Positions 1 through 10,612 of a stretch of DNA of 32,000 nt are shown piece after piece. This DNA comes from Synechococcus elongatus PCC 6301 (GTDB lineage: Bacteria > Cyanobacteriota > Cyanobacteriia > Synechococcales > Synechococcaceae). The translations under genes and the position numbers were made by a program. The stretch covers positions 360,001-392,000 of the forward strand of contig NC_006576.1 of NCBI RefSeq assembly GCF_000010065.1. The letters run 5' to 3'. The notes under the pieces are model-generated. The model was not told where the DNA came from. It saw only the letters and a program-made list of their open reading frames with translations, and did no database searches. Position 1 is the stretch's first letter, and every line of letters starts with the position of its first letter.

Positions 1-1827
1 CTCAACTTGATTGCTGGCCTTGCCCAACCCAGCAGCGGCGGCATCATTCTTGAAGGTCGGCAGGTCACGGAACCTGGCCCCGATCGCATGGTGGTTTTCC
101 AGAACTATTCGCTCTTACCGTGGCGAACTGTCCGCCAGAATATCGCCCTTGCCGTCGATAGTGTTCTGCACGATCGCAATCGCACCGAGCGCCGCACGAT
201 TATCGAAGAAACCATTGATCTTGTTGGGTTGCGGGCCGCAGCCGACAAATATCCCCACGAGATTTCCGGCGGGATGAAACAGCGGGTCGCGATCGCACGC
301 GGCTTGGCGATTCGGCCCAAACTGCTACTCCTAGATGAACCCTTTGGTGCCTTGGATGCCCTGACCCGTGGCAACCTGCAAGAGCAACTGATGCGGATTT
401 GCCAAGAGGCTGGTGTGACGGCGGTGATGGTCACCCATGATGTCGACGAGGCATTGTTGCTCTCCGATCGCGTCGTGATGCTAACGAACGGTCCCGCCGC
501 CCAAATCGGTCAGATTCTGGAAGTTGATTTCCCCCGTCCCCGCCAACGGCTGGAGATGATGGAAACGCCTCACTACTACGATCTGCGCAACGAGCTGATC
601 AACTTCCTACAGCAACAGCGACGGGCCAAGCGGCGAGCCAAAGCTGCAGCACCAGCTCCGGCTGTGGCAGCGTCGCAGCAGAAAACTGTCCGACTGGGCT
701 TTTTGCCCGGCAACGACTGCGCTCCCTTGGCGATCGCTCAAGAATTGGGTCTGTTCCAAGACCTCGGTCTGTCCGTGGAACTGCAGTCCTTCCTGACCTG
801 GGAGGCACTGGAAGACAGCATCCGGCTGGGGCAACTGGAGGGCGCCTTGATGATGGCGGCCCAGCCCCTCGCCATGACCATGGGTCTGGGGGGACACCGG
901 CCTTTCGCGATCGCAACACCCCTGACGGTCAGCCGCAACGGTGGGGCGATCGCCCTCTCCCGTCGCTACCTCAACGCCGGTGTACGCAGCCTCGAAGATC
1001 TCTGCCAGTTCTTAGCTGCAACTCCCCAGCGATTGCGCCTCGCCATTCCTGATCCAATTGCCATGCCAGCCCTGCTGCTGCGCTATTGGTTGGCCAGCGC
1101 CGGCCTCAACCCCGAGCAAGACGTTGAGCTGGTGGGAATGTCGCCCTACGAAATGGTGGAGGCACTCAAAGCCGGTGACATCGATGGCTTTGCGGCGGGT
1201 GAAATGCGGATTGCTCTCGCCGTCCAAGCAGGAGCCGCCTACGTCCTAGCAACCGATTTGGACATCTGGGCGGGACATCCTGAGAAGGTTTTGGGGCTGC
1301 CAGAAGCGTGGCTACAAGTGAATCCTGAAACCGCGATCGCCCTTTGCTCGGCCCTGCTCAAAGCCGGCGAACTCTGCGACGATCCTCGTCAGCGCGATCG
1401 CATTGTCGAGGTCTTGCAACAACCGCAATATCTCGGGTCTGCTGCCGGCACGGTGCTACAGCGCTACTTTGACTTTGGCTTGGGCGATGAACCCACCCAA
1501 ATTCTGCGCTTCAACCAATTCCACGTCGATCAGGCCAACTACCCCAATCCGCTCGAGGGCACTTGGCTGCTGACTCAGCTCTGCCGCTGGGGTCTGACGC
1601 CCTTACCCAAAAACCGGCAGGAATTGCTCGATCGCGTCTATCGCCGCGATATCTACGAAGCCGCGATCGCTGCCGTGGGCTTCCCGCTCATCACTCCCAG
1701 TCAGCGAGGCTTCGAACTCTTCGATGCGGTGCCCTTCGACCCCGATAGCCCGCTGCGCTACCTCGAACAATTCGAGATCAAAGCGCCGATTCAGGTTGCT
1801 CCCATTCCGCTTGCTACCTCTGCCTAG
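1..1827 (+). CDS. nrtC: Nitrate ABC transporter ATP-binding protein with C-terminal NrtA-like substrate-binding domain (5' truncated by window edge)
   Basis: Frame open from base 1 (LNLIAGLAQPS after the lost Walker A). ABC signature SGGMKQRVAIARGLA, Walker B LLLLDEPFGALDALT, H-loop VMVTHDVDEA. Long C-terminal domain (VRLGFLPGNDCAPLAIAQELGLF) typical of NrtC, followed by nrtD. Confidence 0.95.
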   Translation, partial: LNLIAGLAQPSSGGIILEGRQVTEPGPDRMVVFQNYSLLPWRTVRQNIALAVDSVLHDRNRTERRTIIEETIDLVGLRAAADKYPHEISGGMKQRVAIARGLAIRPKLLLLDEPFGALDALTRGNLQEQLMRICQEAGVTAVMVTHDVDEALLLSDRVVMLTNGPAAQIGQILEVDFPRPRQRLEMMETPHYYDLRNELINFLQQQRRAKRRAKAAAPAPAVAASQQKTVRLGFLPGNDCAPLAIAQELGLFQDLGLSVELQSFLTWEALEDSIRLGQLEGALMMAAQPLAMTMGLGGHRPFAIATPLTVSRNGGAIALSRRYLNAGVRSLEDLCQFLAATPQRLRLAIPDPIAMPALLLRYWLASAGLNPEQDVELVGMSPYEMVEALKAGDIDGFAAGEMRIALAVQAGAAYVLATDLDIWAGHPEKVLGLPEAWLQVNPETAIALCSALLKAGELCDDPRQRDRIVEVLQQPQYLGSAAGTVLQRYFDFGLGDEPTQILRFNQFHVDQANYPNPLEGTWLLTQLCRWGLTPLPKNRQELLDRVYRRDIYEAAIAAVGFPLITPSQRGFELFDAVPFDPDSPLRYLEQFEIKAPIQVAPIPLATSA

Positions 1828-1830
1828 GTC

Positions 1831-2661
1831 TTGACCATGACTGCGATCCTTCCCTCCACGGCTGCAACGGTGAATACGGGTTTTCTTCATTTCGATTGTG
1901 TTGGCAAAACCTTCCCAACGCCCCGGGGTCCCTACGTGGCGATCGAGGACGTTAATCTCTCGGTGCAACAGGGTGAATTTATCTGTGTGATCGGCCACTC
2001 TGGCTGTGGCAAATCGACCCTACTCAACTTGGTCTCTGGCTTCTCGCAGCCGACGAGCGGCGGCGTCTATCTAGATGGTCAGCCGATTCAGGAACCGGGG
2101 CCCGATCGCATGGTGGTCTTCCAGAACTACTCGCTCTTGCCCTGGAAGAGTGCCCGCGACAATATCGCACTGGCCGTCAAAGCAGCGCGTCCCCACCTCA
2201 GCACCAGTGAGCAGCGGCAAGTTGTCGATCATCACCTCGAACTGGTGGGACTGACCGAAGCGCAGCACAAGCGGCCCGATCAGCTCTCCGGCGGGATGAA
2301 ACAGCGCGTTGCGATCGCCCGTGCCCTCTCAATTCGGCCTGAAGTGTTGATCCTCGATGAACCCTTCGGTGCCCTTGACGCGATTACAAAGGAAGAGCTG
2401 CAAGAAGAGCTGCTCAATATCTGGGAAGAAGCGCGCCCGACGGTGTTGATGATCACCCACGATATTGATGAGGCCTTGTTCCTCGCCGATCGTGTCGTGA
2501 TGATGACCAATGGCCCCGCAGCCACGATTGGTGAAGTGCTGGAAATTCCCTTCGATCGCCCCCGCGAACGCGAAGCCGTGGTTGAAGACCCTCGCTATGC
2601 CCAACTGCGGACTGAAGCACTCGACTTCCTCTATCGGCGTTTCGCCCACGATGACGACTAA
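1831..2661 (+). CDS. nrtD: Nitrate ABC transporter ATP-binding protein
   Basis: GHSGCGKSTLLNLVSGF Walker A, LSGGMKQRVAIARAL signature, DEPFGALDAITKEELQ. Lies directly after nrtC. Confidence 0.95.
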   Translation: MTMTAILPSTAATVNTGFLHFDCVGKTFPTPRGPYVAIEDVNLSVQQGEFICVIGHSGCGKSTLLNLVSGFSQPTSGGVYLDGQPIQEPGPDRMVVFQNYSLLPWKSARDNIALAVKAARPHLSTSEQRQVVDHHLELVGLTEAQHKRPDQLSGGMKQRVAIARALSIRPEVLILDEPFGALDAITKEELQEELLNIWEEARPTVLMITHDIDEALFLADRVVMMTNGPAATIGEVLEIPFDRPREREAVVEDPRYAQLRTEALDFLYRRFAHDDD

Positions 2662-2773
2662 CCGCCGCCCTGGCTTCCATCTTGCGGTGGAAGCTCCCAG
2701 ATCTCTCTAATTGCAGCGGCGATCGCAGGGCCTGATCAATCCCCACAAGCGGTTGCTTTCCCTCATTGCCTTG

Positions 2774-2800
2774 TCCCTTCTCCCCGTGCGGGGGGAGGGA
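2774..2800 (+). promoter_or_regulatory. Strong GC-rich hairpin in the nrtD-narB intergenic region
   Basis: TCCCTTCTCCC / loop CGTGC / GGGGGGAGGGA folds into an 11-bp stem (two G-U pairs). No T-tract follows, so it is not a canonical terminator. Confidence 0.45.
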
Positions 2801-2858
2801 AGCTGCTCTAGTGTTTCATCGCTCCTGATCCCTCGGTAGCGGCGTTGGCGCTGAGGGA

Positions 2859-5048
2859 ATGTTCGATCTCTCGAAGTTTCTGCCGGTCATCACTCCACTC
2901 ATGATCGATACCGCCAAAACCTTGTGCCCTTACTGCGGTGTGGGCTGTGGACTGGAAGCTGTCCCCCCGGCACAACCCGGCCGAGCCACGGTCCGCGATC
3001 GCGAGGGCACACCGATCTGGCAGATTCGGGGCGATCGGCAACATCCCTCCAGTCAGGGAATGGTCTGCGTCAAAGGCGCAACGGTGGCGGAATCTGTCAG
3101 CAAAAGCCGGCTGAAATATCCAATGTTCCGGGCCAGTCTCGACGACCCATTCACGGAAATTAGCTGGGACGAAGCCCTCGACCGCCTCTGCGATCGCATC
3201 CAACAGACGCAGGCCGACTACGGCAAAGACGGTATCTGCTTCTACGGCTCCGGCCAGTTTCAAACTGAAGACTACTACATCGCCCAAAAGCTGGTGAAAG
3301 GTTGCCTCGGCACCAATAATTTCGATACCAACTCGCGACTCTGCATGTCCTCAGCGGTGTCGGCTTACAGTCTTTGCCTGGGTAGCGATGGCCCACCCGC
3401 CTGCTACGAAGATCTTGATCTAGCAGACTGCCTGCTGATCGTGGGCAGCAATACAGCGGAGTGCCACCCGATTCTCTTCAATCGCTATCGCAAGCGCCAT
3501 AAACAGGGTGGCACCAACCTGATCGTCGTCGATCCACGCTGCACACCAACGGCTGAGGTTGCCGATCTCCACCTGGCACTCAAGCCCGGCAGCGATGTCG
3601 CCCTGCTCAACGGCTTGGGCTGGCTGCTCTACCAAATGGGCTATGTCAAAAAGGACTTCATTGCCAACCAGACCGAAGGCTTTGAAGACTGGCTAGCGAT
3701 CATTGAGGACTATCCACCCCAGCGCACAGCAGAACTGACGGGACTGGCAGTCGCTGAGCTGGTGCGAGCCGCCGACTTGATTGCCTCAGCTCAGCGCTGG
3801 CTCTCGCTTTGGTCGATGGGCGTCAATCAGTCGATTCAGGGTACGGCGAAGGCGACCAGCCTGATCAACCTGCACCTCTTGACCCGCCAAATTGGTTTAC
3901 CAGGCTGTGGTCCTTTTTCCTTAACTGGCCGACCAAACGCCATGGGCGGTCGTGAAACGGGTGGGCTCGCGCATCTGTTACCGGGCTATCGCAAGGTCAT
4001 CGATCCCCAGCATCGTGCTGATGTGGAGACGATTTGGGGACTGCCGATGGGCAGTATTTCGCCTCAACCCGGTCGTACCGCTTGGCAGATGATCGAAGGC
4101 CTGGAGCAGGGTGCAGTGGGCTTCCTTTGGGTAGCAGCGACCAATCCAGCAGTCAGTCTGCCGGATGTGAAACGGGCTCAAGCAGCCCTGAAGCGATCGC
4201 CTTTTACCGTTCTCCAAGACGCCTACCATCCCACCGAAACCACAACCTACGCCCACCTCCTTTTACCCGCTGCTCAATGGAGCGAGAAAACGGGCACGAT
4301 GACCAACTCCGAGCGGCGAGTGACGCTTTGCCAAGCCTTTCGCCAGCCCCCCGGGGAAGCCCGAGCCGATTGGCAAATTTTTGCGGAAGTGGGACGGCGC
4401 TTAGGGTTTGCCTTTGACTACACCGATGCGGCTGCCGTCTTTGCAGAGTATGTGCAGGTGACAGCGGGTCGGCTCTGTGACCTCAGCGGCCTGAGTCATG
4501 AGTTGCTGGCGCAGGCGGGACCTCAACAGTGGCCATTTCCAGCGGGAGCAGAACCGACGACCGAAAGTAAGCGCCTCTACACGAAACATCACTTTGCCTA
4601 TGCCGACGGTCGTGCCCGTTTCCAGCCTTTTCATCACTTGGGAGTAGCAGAGCCACCCGACGATCGCTATCCCTTGGTGCTGACAGTGGGACGACTTTAC
4701 GGCCACTGGCATACTCAAACCCGGACCGGCCGCATCGACAAAATCAACAAGCTGCATCCCAGCGCATTTGTCGAAATTCATCCCCGCGATGCCGATCGCT
4801 ACAACATCAGTGAAGGGCAAGCTGTTGTGATTCGATCGCGACGCGGAGAAGGCTGTTTTCCGGCCAAGGTGACAACGGCAATTTCACCAGGAGTATTGTT
4901 TGTGCCGATGCATTGGGGGGCACTATGGGGCGATCGCACGGAGGCTAATGCCCTCACCCATCCGGCAGCTTGTCCCATTTCTGGCGAACCAGAACTCAAA
5001 GCTTGTGCTGTGCAGATTGAAGCAGCGAGTTCAACCTTCACAATCTAA
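2859..5048 (+). CDS. narB: Ferredoxin-dependent assimilatory nitrate reductase (molybdopterin oxidoreductase)
   Basis: N-terminal 4Fe-4S motif [11 protein letters not shown]...VCVKG; molybdopterin domains ([41 protein letters not shown]); downstream of nrtCD. Confidence 0.95.
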   Translation: MFDLSKFLPVITPLMIDTAKTLCPYCGVGCGLEAVPPAQPGRATVRDREGTPIWQIRGDRQHPSSQGMVCVKGATVAESVSKSRLKYPMFRASLDDPFTEISWDEALDRLCDRIQQTQADYGKDGICFYGSGQFQTEDYYIAQKLVKGCLGTNNFDTNSRLCMSSAVSAYSLCLGSDGPPACYEDLDLADCLLIVGSNTAECHPILFNRYRKRHKQGGTNLIVVDPRCTPTAEVADLHLALKPGSDVALLNGLGWLLYQMGYVKKDFIANQTEGFEDWLAIIEDYPPQRTAELTGLAVAELVRAADLIASAQRWLSLWSMGVNQSIQGTAKATSLINLHLLTRQIGLPGCGPFSLTGRPNAMGGRETGGLAHLLPGYRKVIDPQHRADVETIWGLPMGSISPQPGRTAWQMIEGLEQGAVGFLWVAATNPAVSLPDVKRAQAALKRSPFTVLQDAYHPTETTTYAHLLLPAAQWSEKTGTMTNSERRVTLCQAFRQPPGEARADWQIFAEVGRRLGFAFDYTDAAAVFAEYVQVTAGRLCDLSGLSHELLAQAGPQQWPFPAGAEPTTESKRLYTKHHFAYADGRARFQPFHHLGVAEPPDDRYPLVLTVGRLYGHWHTQTRTGRIDKINKLHPSAFVEIHPRDADRYNISEGQAVVIRSRRGEGCFPAKVTTAISPGVLFVPMHWGALWGDRTEANALTHPAACPISGEPELKACAVQIEAASSTFTI

Positions 5049-5138
5049 GGGTGTGCAATCAAGAGCCTCACTAAAGCGATCGCTAAGTTGATCTCTAGGC
5101 AGAGCCTTATGGCAGCAATTCTGGCTGACTGTTCTCGC

Positions 5139-5465
5139 CTAAAGGAATGGAATCCGTAAGAGAAATACCCCCCAAGCGATGGTAGCGCCGTAGTAGCAGT
5201 AGCTGGTCATCCTAGCGAAGCTAGAAAGTCTACGATGTCTTTTGACTAAAAAAAGAGTGGGAATTAGCAGCAGAGCTGAAGGCAGATAGGCAGCTATAAA
5301 AATGATAGTTCCAATACCCAGATAGCCTCCTTGGCTGACAAGTAGGAGGTGATAGAATCCCCAAACAATCGCACCAATAATCACAATTATTTGGCAGGCT
5401 GATATCACCTCAAACAAGTTATTAGAGGAGGAGGGATGATCTGTCGGTGGTTTAGAAGCGCTCAT
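5139..5465 (-). CDS. Small hypothetical membrane protein
   Basis: 108-aa ORF with about three hydrophobic helices (VISACQIIVIIGAIVWGFYHLLLV; YLGIGTIIFIAAYLPSALLLIPTLFL). No overlapping ORF on the other strand. Confidence 0.5.
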   Translation of the reverse strand: MSASKPPTDHPSSSNNLFEVISACQIIVIIGAIVWGFYHLLLVSQGGYLGIGTIIFIAAYLPSALLLIPTLFLVKRHRRLSSFARMTSYCYYGATIAWGVFLLRIPFL

Positions 5466-5562
5466 GCTGTTCCCAGAGAGACAGGCTTAATCGCATATTG
5501 TCTCTAGATAAAACAAAAGACAATTAATGAGTCAATTAAGGTATCAACTTTTGCGATCGCTG

Positions 5563-6087
5563 CTAAATCAGGCCCGGAATAAAAGCTTTAACGCGAGTTT
5601 GGTAGTCGACGTAGTCGGAATAACGATCGCGCAACCATCGTTCTTCTAGCCGCGCCTTCCCAATCAGAACCCCAATTAAGGCGAGGCTGACTGCTGCCTG
5701 ACTAAGACTCCAAAGCGCGATCGCCCAACCAAGACTGCCTATCATCAAGCCGCTGTAGAGCGGATGACGAATCCAAGCATAGATCCCAGTTTGCACCAGG
5801 GTTGATTCTGCATGGGGTGCCGGAAGCGGCGAGAGGCTATCTCCCAAAAAGCGCAGACCGGCAATCGCCAGTCCAGCTCCCATGATCAGGAAGGGAATTG
5901 CGATCGCCCATCGCCAAACAATCCAATCTGCTGCGATCGGGATGGCCCAGCGGGGAACCAAAACGAGGGCCACCAACAAGACGAGTTGCGCCAGAAGCCA
6001 ATACTCACCGCGATCGCCCCGATACCAATGCTTCCAGTCAAAGCCCCAACGCTGAAACAAAGCCATAGCCGCCTCCGAGCTCTGCAC
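5563..6087 (-). CDS. Isoprenylcysteine carboxyl methyltransferase (ICMT)/PEMT-like membrane methyltransferase
   Basis: Motif LVQTGIYAWIRHPLYSGLMIGSLGWAI...EERWLRDRYSDYVDYQTRVKAFIPGLI, characteristic of the ICMT/NnrU/PEMT superfamily. Confidence 0.8.
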   Translation of the reverse strand: MQSSEAAMALFQRWGFDWKHWYRGDRGEYWLLAQLVLLVALVLVPRWAIPIAADWIVWRWAIAIPFLIMGAGLAIAGLRFLGDSLSPLPAPHAESTLVQTGIYAWIRHPLYSGLMIGSLGWAIALWSLSQAAVSLALIGVLIGKARLEERWLRDRYSDYVDYQTRVKAFIPGLI

Positions 6088-6331
6088 ATACTATGACTAA
6101 TCTGAGAGCGATCGCAGACTGTAATGTTCAGAAATTTTTCTTAAAATTAGCCATTAGAAATTTTGCAAGTGAATCCATCAAAATCAATAACAAATATCAC
6201 TTAAAACGATTACTTTAATTGTCTTTTTGCGACAACAAAAATCCTTTTGATTGATCCAAGAAGTTGACTTTTTAGGAGGTACTTGAAATGATGAAGTGAA
6301 GCATCTGCCATAGACTGACAGGTTGGGCGCC

Positions 6332-7015
6332 ATGAAGTGGCATTTTCTTAGACTTTCCCTGGAACGCCCCTACAATCAGCTATTGTTTATTCTTGTTGCG
6401 ATAATCTCTGTTGGGATTATCTTCAAGATCAACCCAATTGCAACAATTGCTGTTTCTTTTATCCTGTTTAGCAGCTTGCTACAAGTCATCAAAATTGCAC
6501 GCCCCTCACTGCAGACATCCAAGTCCCTACTTAGGTTTTCCCTATTAACTTTCAGCATTATTGTCATCAATGAATTAGGAGTTCTACAACCCTTTCCCGG
6601 TCTTAGTGAAATTTTTCGATTTGTTACCCTTATCGCCCTATCAGTTTTTTTGAGTCTTGTAATTATACTGCTGATCAAAACTCTAATGCATGAGTCGCAA
6701 GTCACTGCCGACCTCGTCAAAGGAGGTATTTGTATCTATTTTTTAGTTGCAATTCTTTGGTCGCTCCTCTATGAGGCGATCGCTGTTTTTGATCCTCTCG
6801 CTTTCTTGATATTGCCGGAGCACAAAGACAATAATCCTTATGTTTACTTCAGCTTTATCACGCTGACCAGCACAGGCTTCGGGGATATTTTGCCAATCAA
6901 TCCGGTTGCAAAACTGCTAGCTAGCTTTGAAGCAATGTTTGGGCAACTCTATCTGGCGATCGTGATTGCTCGTTTGGTCAGTCTTTACAGCAGTCAAAAT
7001 TCGTCGGACTCCTAG
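6332..7015 (+). CDS. Putative two-pore-helix ion channel-like membrane protein
   Basis: Hydrophobic N-terminal helices, then a pore-loop-like YFSFITLTSTGFGDILPINPVAKLLASFEAMFGQLYLAIVIARLV (K-channel-like filter). ATG at 6332 inside ORF 6323..7015. Confidence 0.7.
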   Translation: MKWHFLRLSLERPYNQLLFILVAIISVGIIFKINPIATIAVSFILFSSLLQVIKIARPSLQTSKSLLRFSLLTFSIIVINELGVLQPFPGLSEIFRFVTLIALSVFLSLVIILLIKTLMHESQVTADLVKGGICIYFLVAILWSLLYEAIAVFDPLAFLILPEHKDNNPYVYFSFITLTSTGFGDILPINPVAKLLASFEAMFGQLYLAIVIARLVSLYSSQNSSDS

Positions 7016-7315
7016 GATCCACGCAGCTGCATGGCCTTAGAACTGGGGCGAATGTGAATAGCCTCTCGTGCCAACGGTTCTGCGATCGCACATTTAATCA
7101 GTCTCTCTTCACCTCAGCCCCGTCTTTTGGCCGCCAGATCACTGGACCCTCAGGATGCGATCGCGCTACTGCATCCCGTGTTTGTGAAGACTGGCTGCAG
7201 CCTCAGTCAGCTTTCAGAAAGTTACAAAACTCAACACTTGGGCGCTAATTTCTTAACGATACAAGGGGAGTGCGATAATACATCCTTGCAGGATAACCAT
7301 TGCAGCGTCGGTTTT

Positions 7316-7855
7316 ATGACTCAAGTATCGGGAGCTTCAGACGTCCCCAGCATGGGGCGTCGGCAGTTCATGAACCTGCTGACCTTCGGCTCAGTCACAG
7401 GTGTCGCCCTGGGTGCCCTTTACCCCGTGGTGAACTACTTTATTCCGCCTTCCAGTGGTGGTAGCGGTGGCGGTGTCGCAGCCAAGGATGCGCTTGGCAA
7501 TGATGTCGTCCTCTCTAAGTTTTTGGCTGATCACAATGTGGGCGATCGCACCTTGGTACAAGGTCTGAAGGGTGACCCCACCTATCTTGTGGTCGAAAGT
7601 AGCGAAGCGATCGGCGACTACGGCATCAACGCAGTTTGCACCCACTTGGGCTGCGTGGTGCCTTGGAACGCTAGCGAAAACAAATTTAAGTGCCCCTGCC
7701 ACGGTTCGCAGTACGACGCAACCGGCAAAGTGGTCCGTGGTCCCGCACCGCTGTCCTTGGCGCTGGCTCACGTTTCCGTGACCGACGACAAAGTCTTCCT
7801 CTCGCCCTGGACCGAAACCGACTTCCGCACCGGCGACAACCCCTGGTGGGCTTAA
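7316..7855 (+). CDS. petC: Cytochrome b6-f complex Rieske iron-sulfur subunit
   Basis: [11 protein letters not shown]...[27 protein letters not shown] Rieske motifs. Start [25 protein letters not shown] at ATG 7316 (track ORF opens earlier at 7127). Confidence 0.95.
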   Translation: MTQVSGASDVPSMGRRQFMNLLTFGSVTGVALGALYPVVNYFIPPSSGGSGGGVAAKDALGNDVVLSKFLADHNVGDRTLVQGLKGDPTYLVVESSEAIGDYGINAVCTHLGCVVPWNASENKFKCPCHGSQYDATGKVVRGPAPLSLALAHVSVTDDKVFLSPWTETDFRTGDNPWWA

Positions 7856-7900
7856 TTACTCCCCCGTCCTCTGAAGACTTCCGAGCCCTGTAATAAAGCC

Positions 7901-8875
7901 ATGAACATGCGTTTTTCTCCAAAAGCTCTTGTGCGCCAACTGGGTCGCCTGAGCTTGGTTGCCTGCCTCAGCCTGGGACTGTTGGGTGCTGCAGACTGGC
8001 TCCAGCCTCAAGCAGCGGCAGCCTATCCCTTCTGGGCCCAAGAAAACTACGCTTCGCCGCGGGAAGCGACCGGCAAAATTGTCTGTGCGAACTGCCACTT
8101 GGCTAAAAAGCCAACCGAGGTGGAAGTGCCTCACTCCGTTCTGCCCGACACCGTTTTCAAAGCGGTTGTCAAAATCCCCTACGATCGCTCCTCGCAGCAG
8201 GTCTTGGGTGATGGCAGCAAGGGTGGCCTGAACGTCGGTGCTGTTTTGATGCTGCCCGACGGTTTCAAACTGGCGCCTGAAGACCGCATCTCCGAAGAAC
8301 TGAAAGAAGAGATCGGCAACGTCTACTTCACCAACTACTCGGCAGACCAAGAAAACATCATCTTGGTGGGCCCGCTGCCTGGCGATGACCATCAAGAGAT
8401 TGTCTTCCCGGTACTTTCGCCCGATCCAGCCAAAGACAAAAACGTCTTCTTTGGTAAGTATCAAATTCACGTCGGCGGCAACCGTGGCCGTGGTCAGGTC
8501 TACCCTACCGGTCAAAAGAGCAATAACGGCGTTTACACCGCTTCTGCAGCTGGTGTGATCGATGCGGTCACCGAAACGGCTAGCGGCTACGACATCGTCA
8601 TCCGTAAGGCAGATGGTTCGACCGTGACCGACGCAGTGCCGGCTGGCCCCAGCCCGATCGTGGCAGTGGGTTCGGAAGTTGCAGCTGGCGCAGCGCTGAC
8701 CAACGATCCGAACGTCGGTGGCTTTGGCCAAATCGATACCGAGATCGTGCTGCAAAGCAGCAATCGGGTCTTGGGTGTGATTGCTTTCTTCTTTGCTGTG
8801 ATGCTGGCGCAGATCATGCTGGTGCTCAAGAAGAAACAAGTCGAGAAAGTGCAAGCTGCTGAGCTGAACTTCTAG
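7901..8875 (+). CDS. petA: Apocytochrome f
   Basis: Signal peptide ending [33 protein letters not shown] (CxxCH haem site); C-terminal [37 protein letters not shown]. Confidence 0.97.
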
Positions 8876-8902
8876 ATCTGGTTGCAATAACGGTTGCAAG
8901 AG

Positions 8903-8927
8903 AGAGGGCGGGCCTAGCTTGCCCTCT
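8903..8927 (+). terminator. Candidate petCA transcription terminator
   Basis: AGAGGGCGGGC-CTA-GCTTGCCCTCT: 11-bp stem including two G-U pairs, 3-nt loop, followed by TTGTATTTGG. It lies 28 bp after petA. Confidence 0.5.
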
Positions 8928-8958
8928 TTGTATTTGGATAGAAAGGGATGCTGTAACG

Positions 8959-9828
8959 GTGGCGATTGTGACTCTCTTGGCCCTGCAATTCACCTCCCCA
9001 GGTCCAACTCTTGTTGAGATTGGGCCACTCAGCATCCGTTGGTATGGCCTTTTGATTGCCTCAGCAGTTCTGCTGGGAATTAGCCTGTCTTCCCGTCTGG
9101 CTCGACGCCGCGATATCGATCCGAATGCGATCGCGGATCTTGCCGTCTGGCTGGTGATCGGTGCGATTCCTGCCGCCCGTCTTTACTACGTCGCCTTTGA
9201 ATGGCAGCAGTATGCCAGTCGCCCCGCCGAAATCTTGGCGATTTGGCACGGCGGCATTGCAATTCATGGCGCCATTTTGGGCGGTACTGCCGCCCTGATT
9301 CTCTTTGCTCGGCGGCGGCAGACTCCGATCTGGCAGCTTACCGATGTGGTGGTGCCTTCGCTCGCACTTGGACAAGCGATCGGGCGTTGGGGTAACTTTT
9401 TTAACTCCGAAGCCTTTGGCACACCCACCGATCTGCCTTGGAAACTATTCATCCCCATTGATCGCCGACCCCTGGCCTACATCCAGAGCGAGTATTTCCA
9501 CCCGACCTTTCTCTACGAATCGCTCTGGAATTTGCTGCTTTGCCTGTTGCTGATCTGGCTATTCCGGCAAGGCCTGCGCCAGCGATTGCCACTCAAGGCT
9601 GGGGTGATGACTTGTATCTATCTGATTGGCTACAGTCTCGGTCGGATCTGGATTGAAGGACTGCGTACCGATAGCTTGATGCTCGGTTCCCTGCGGATTG
9701 CCCAGATGGTCAGTATCGTGGCGATCGCCTTTGGGGTGCTGGGTTTGGTCTGGATCTACGGCCTGAAGCGATCGCTGCCGGATGTGGTTCGTCCCGCCAT
9801 TTCGGGAGAGTCGCGTAGTGAGCTTTAG
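8959..9828 (+). CDS. lgt: Prolipoprotein diacylglyceryl transferase
   Basis: [59 protein letters not shown]. Exact start uncertain (GTG). Confidence 0.93.
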
Positions 9829-10612
9829 TGCAGGCGTTTACTTCGTCGGGGTCGGCCCGGGTGACCCGGAGCTAATGACGGTACGGGCTCAAAAGCTGAT
9901 TGCCGCCGCCGATGTTCTGCTCTACACCGATTCCTTGGTGCCCCCGGCAATTTTGGCGGATGCAAGGCCAGACGCAGAACGACTGCCAACGGCCCATCGC
10001 ACGCTGGAAGAGATTTTGCCAATCCTCAAAGAGCGAGTGGCCGCGGGAGCGATCGTGGCGCGGCTCCACGACGGCGATCCCAGCCTCTACAGCACGATCG
10101 CGGAACAGATCGCAGGGTTGCGATCGCAGGACATTCCCTATCAAGTTATTCCTGGCGTCAGCGCCTTTCAAGCAGCGGCCGCTCGACTCGGGCAAGAACT
10201 GACTTTGCCGGGACTGGTTCAGACGATCATCCTGACTCGCTGTGCCGGTCGAATTGGACTGCCCGATCGCGAATCCCTCTCGTCCTTAGCCGCGCATCAA
10301 GCTAGCCTCTGTCTCTATCTGAGCGCTCGCCAAGCGGAAAAAGCGCAGACGGAATTGCTGGAACATTACTCCCCAGAAACGCCGATCGCAGTTTGCTATC
10401 GACTGGGTTGGCCAGATGAAGCGATTTGGCTAGGGAAACTGTCGGAACTGGCGCAGATCACTCAAGATCAGCAACTCGATCGCACGGTGCTCTATCTGAT
10501 CAGTCCTGCTTTACAAGCCGTCGAGACTGGGCGATCGCAGCTCTACAATCCCGACTATCACCATCTGTTTCGGCCAGAAACTACAGCAGCACGATCGCCC
10601 CAGCCATCATGA
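9818..10612 (+). CDS. cobM: Precorrin-4/cobalt-precorrin-4 C11-methyltransferase
   Basis: [37 protein letters not shown]..., [37 protein letters not shown]. Likely GTG start at 9818 overlapping the lgt 3' end. Confidence 0.9.

Noticed and set aside
2808-3287. 159-aa minus-strand ORF over the narB start
   Set aside because: Antisense to the conserved NarB N terminus (CPYCGVGC); no domain signature.
7856-8899. 347-aa ORF on the minus strand opposite petA
   Set aside because: Fully antisense to the clearly identified cytochrome f gene; sequence rich in H/Q/D with no family motif; typical shadow ORF in GC-rich coding DNA.
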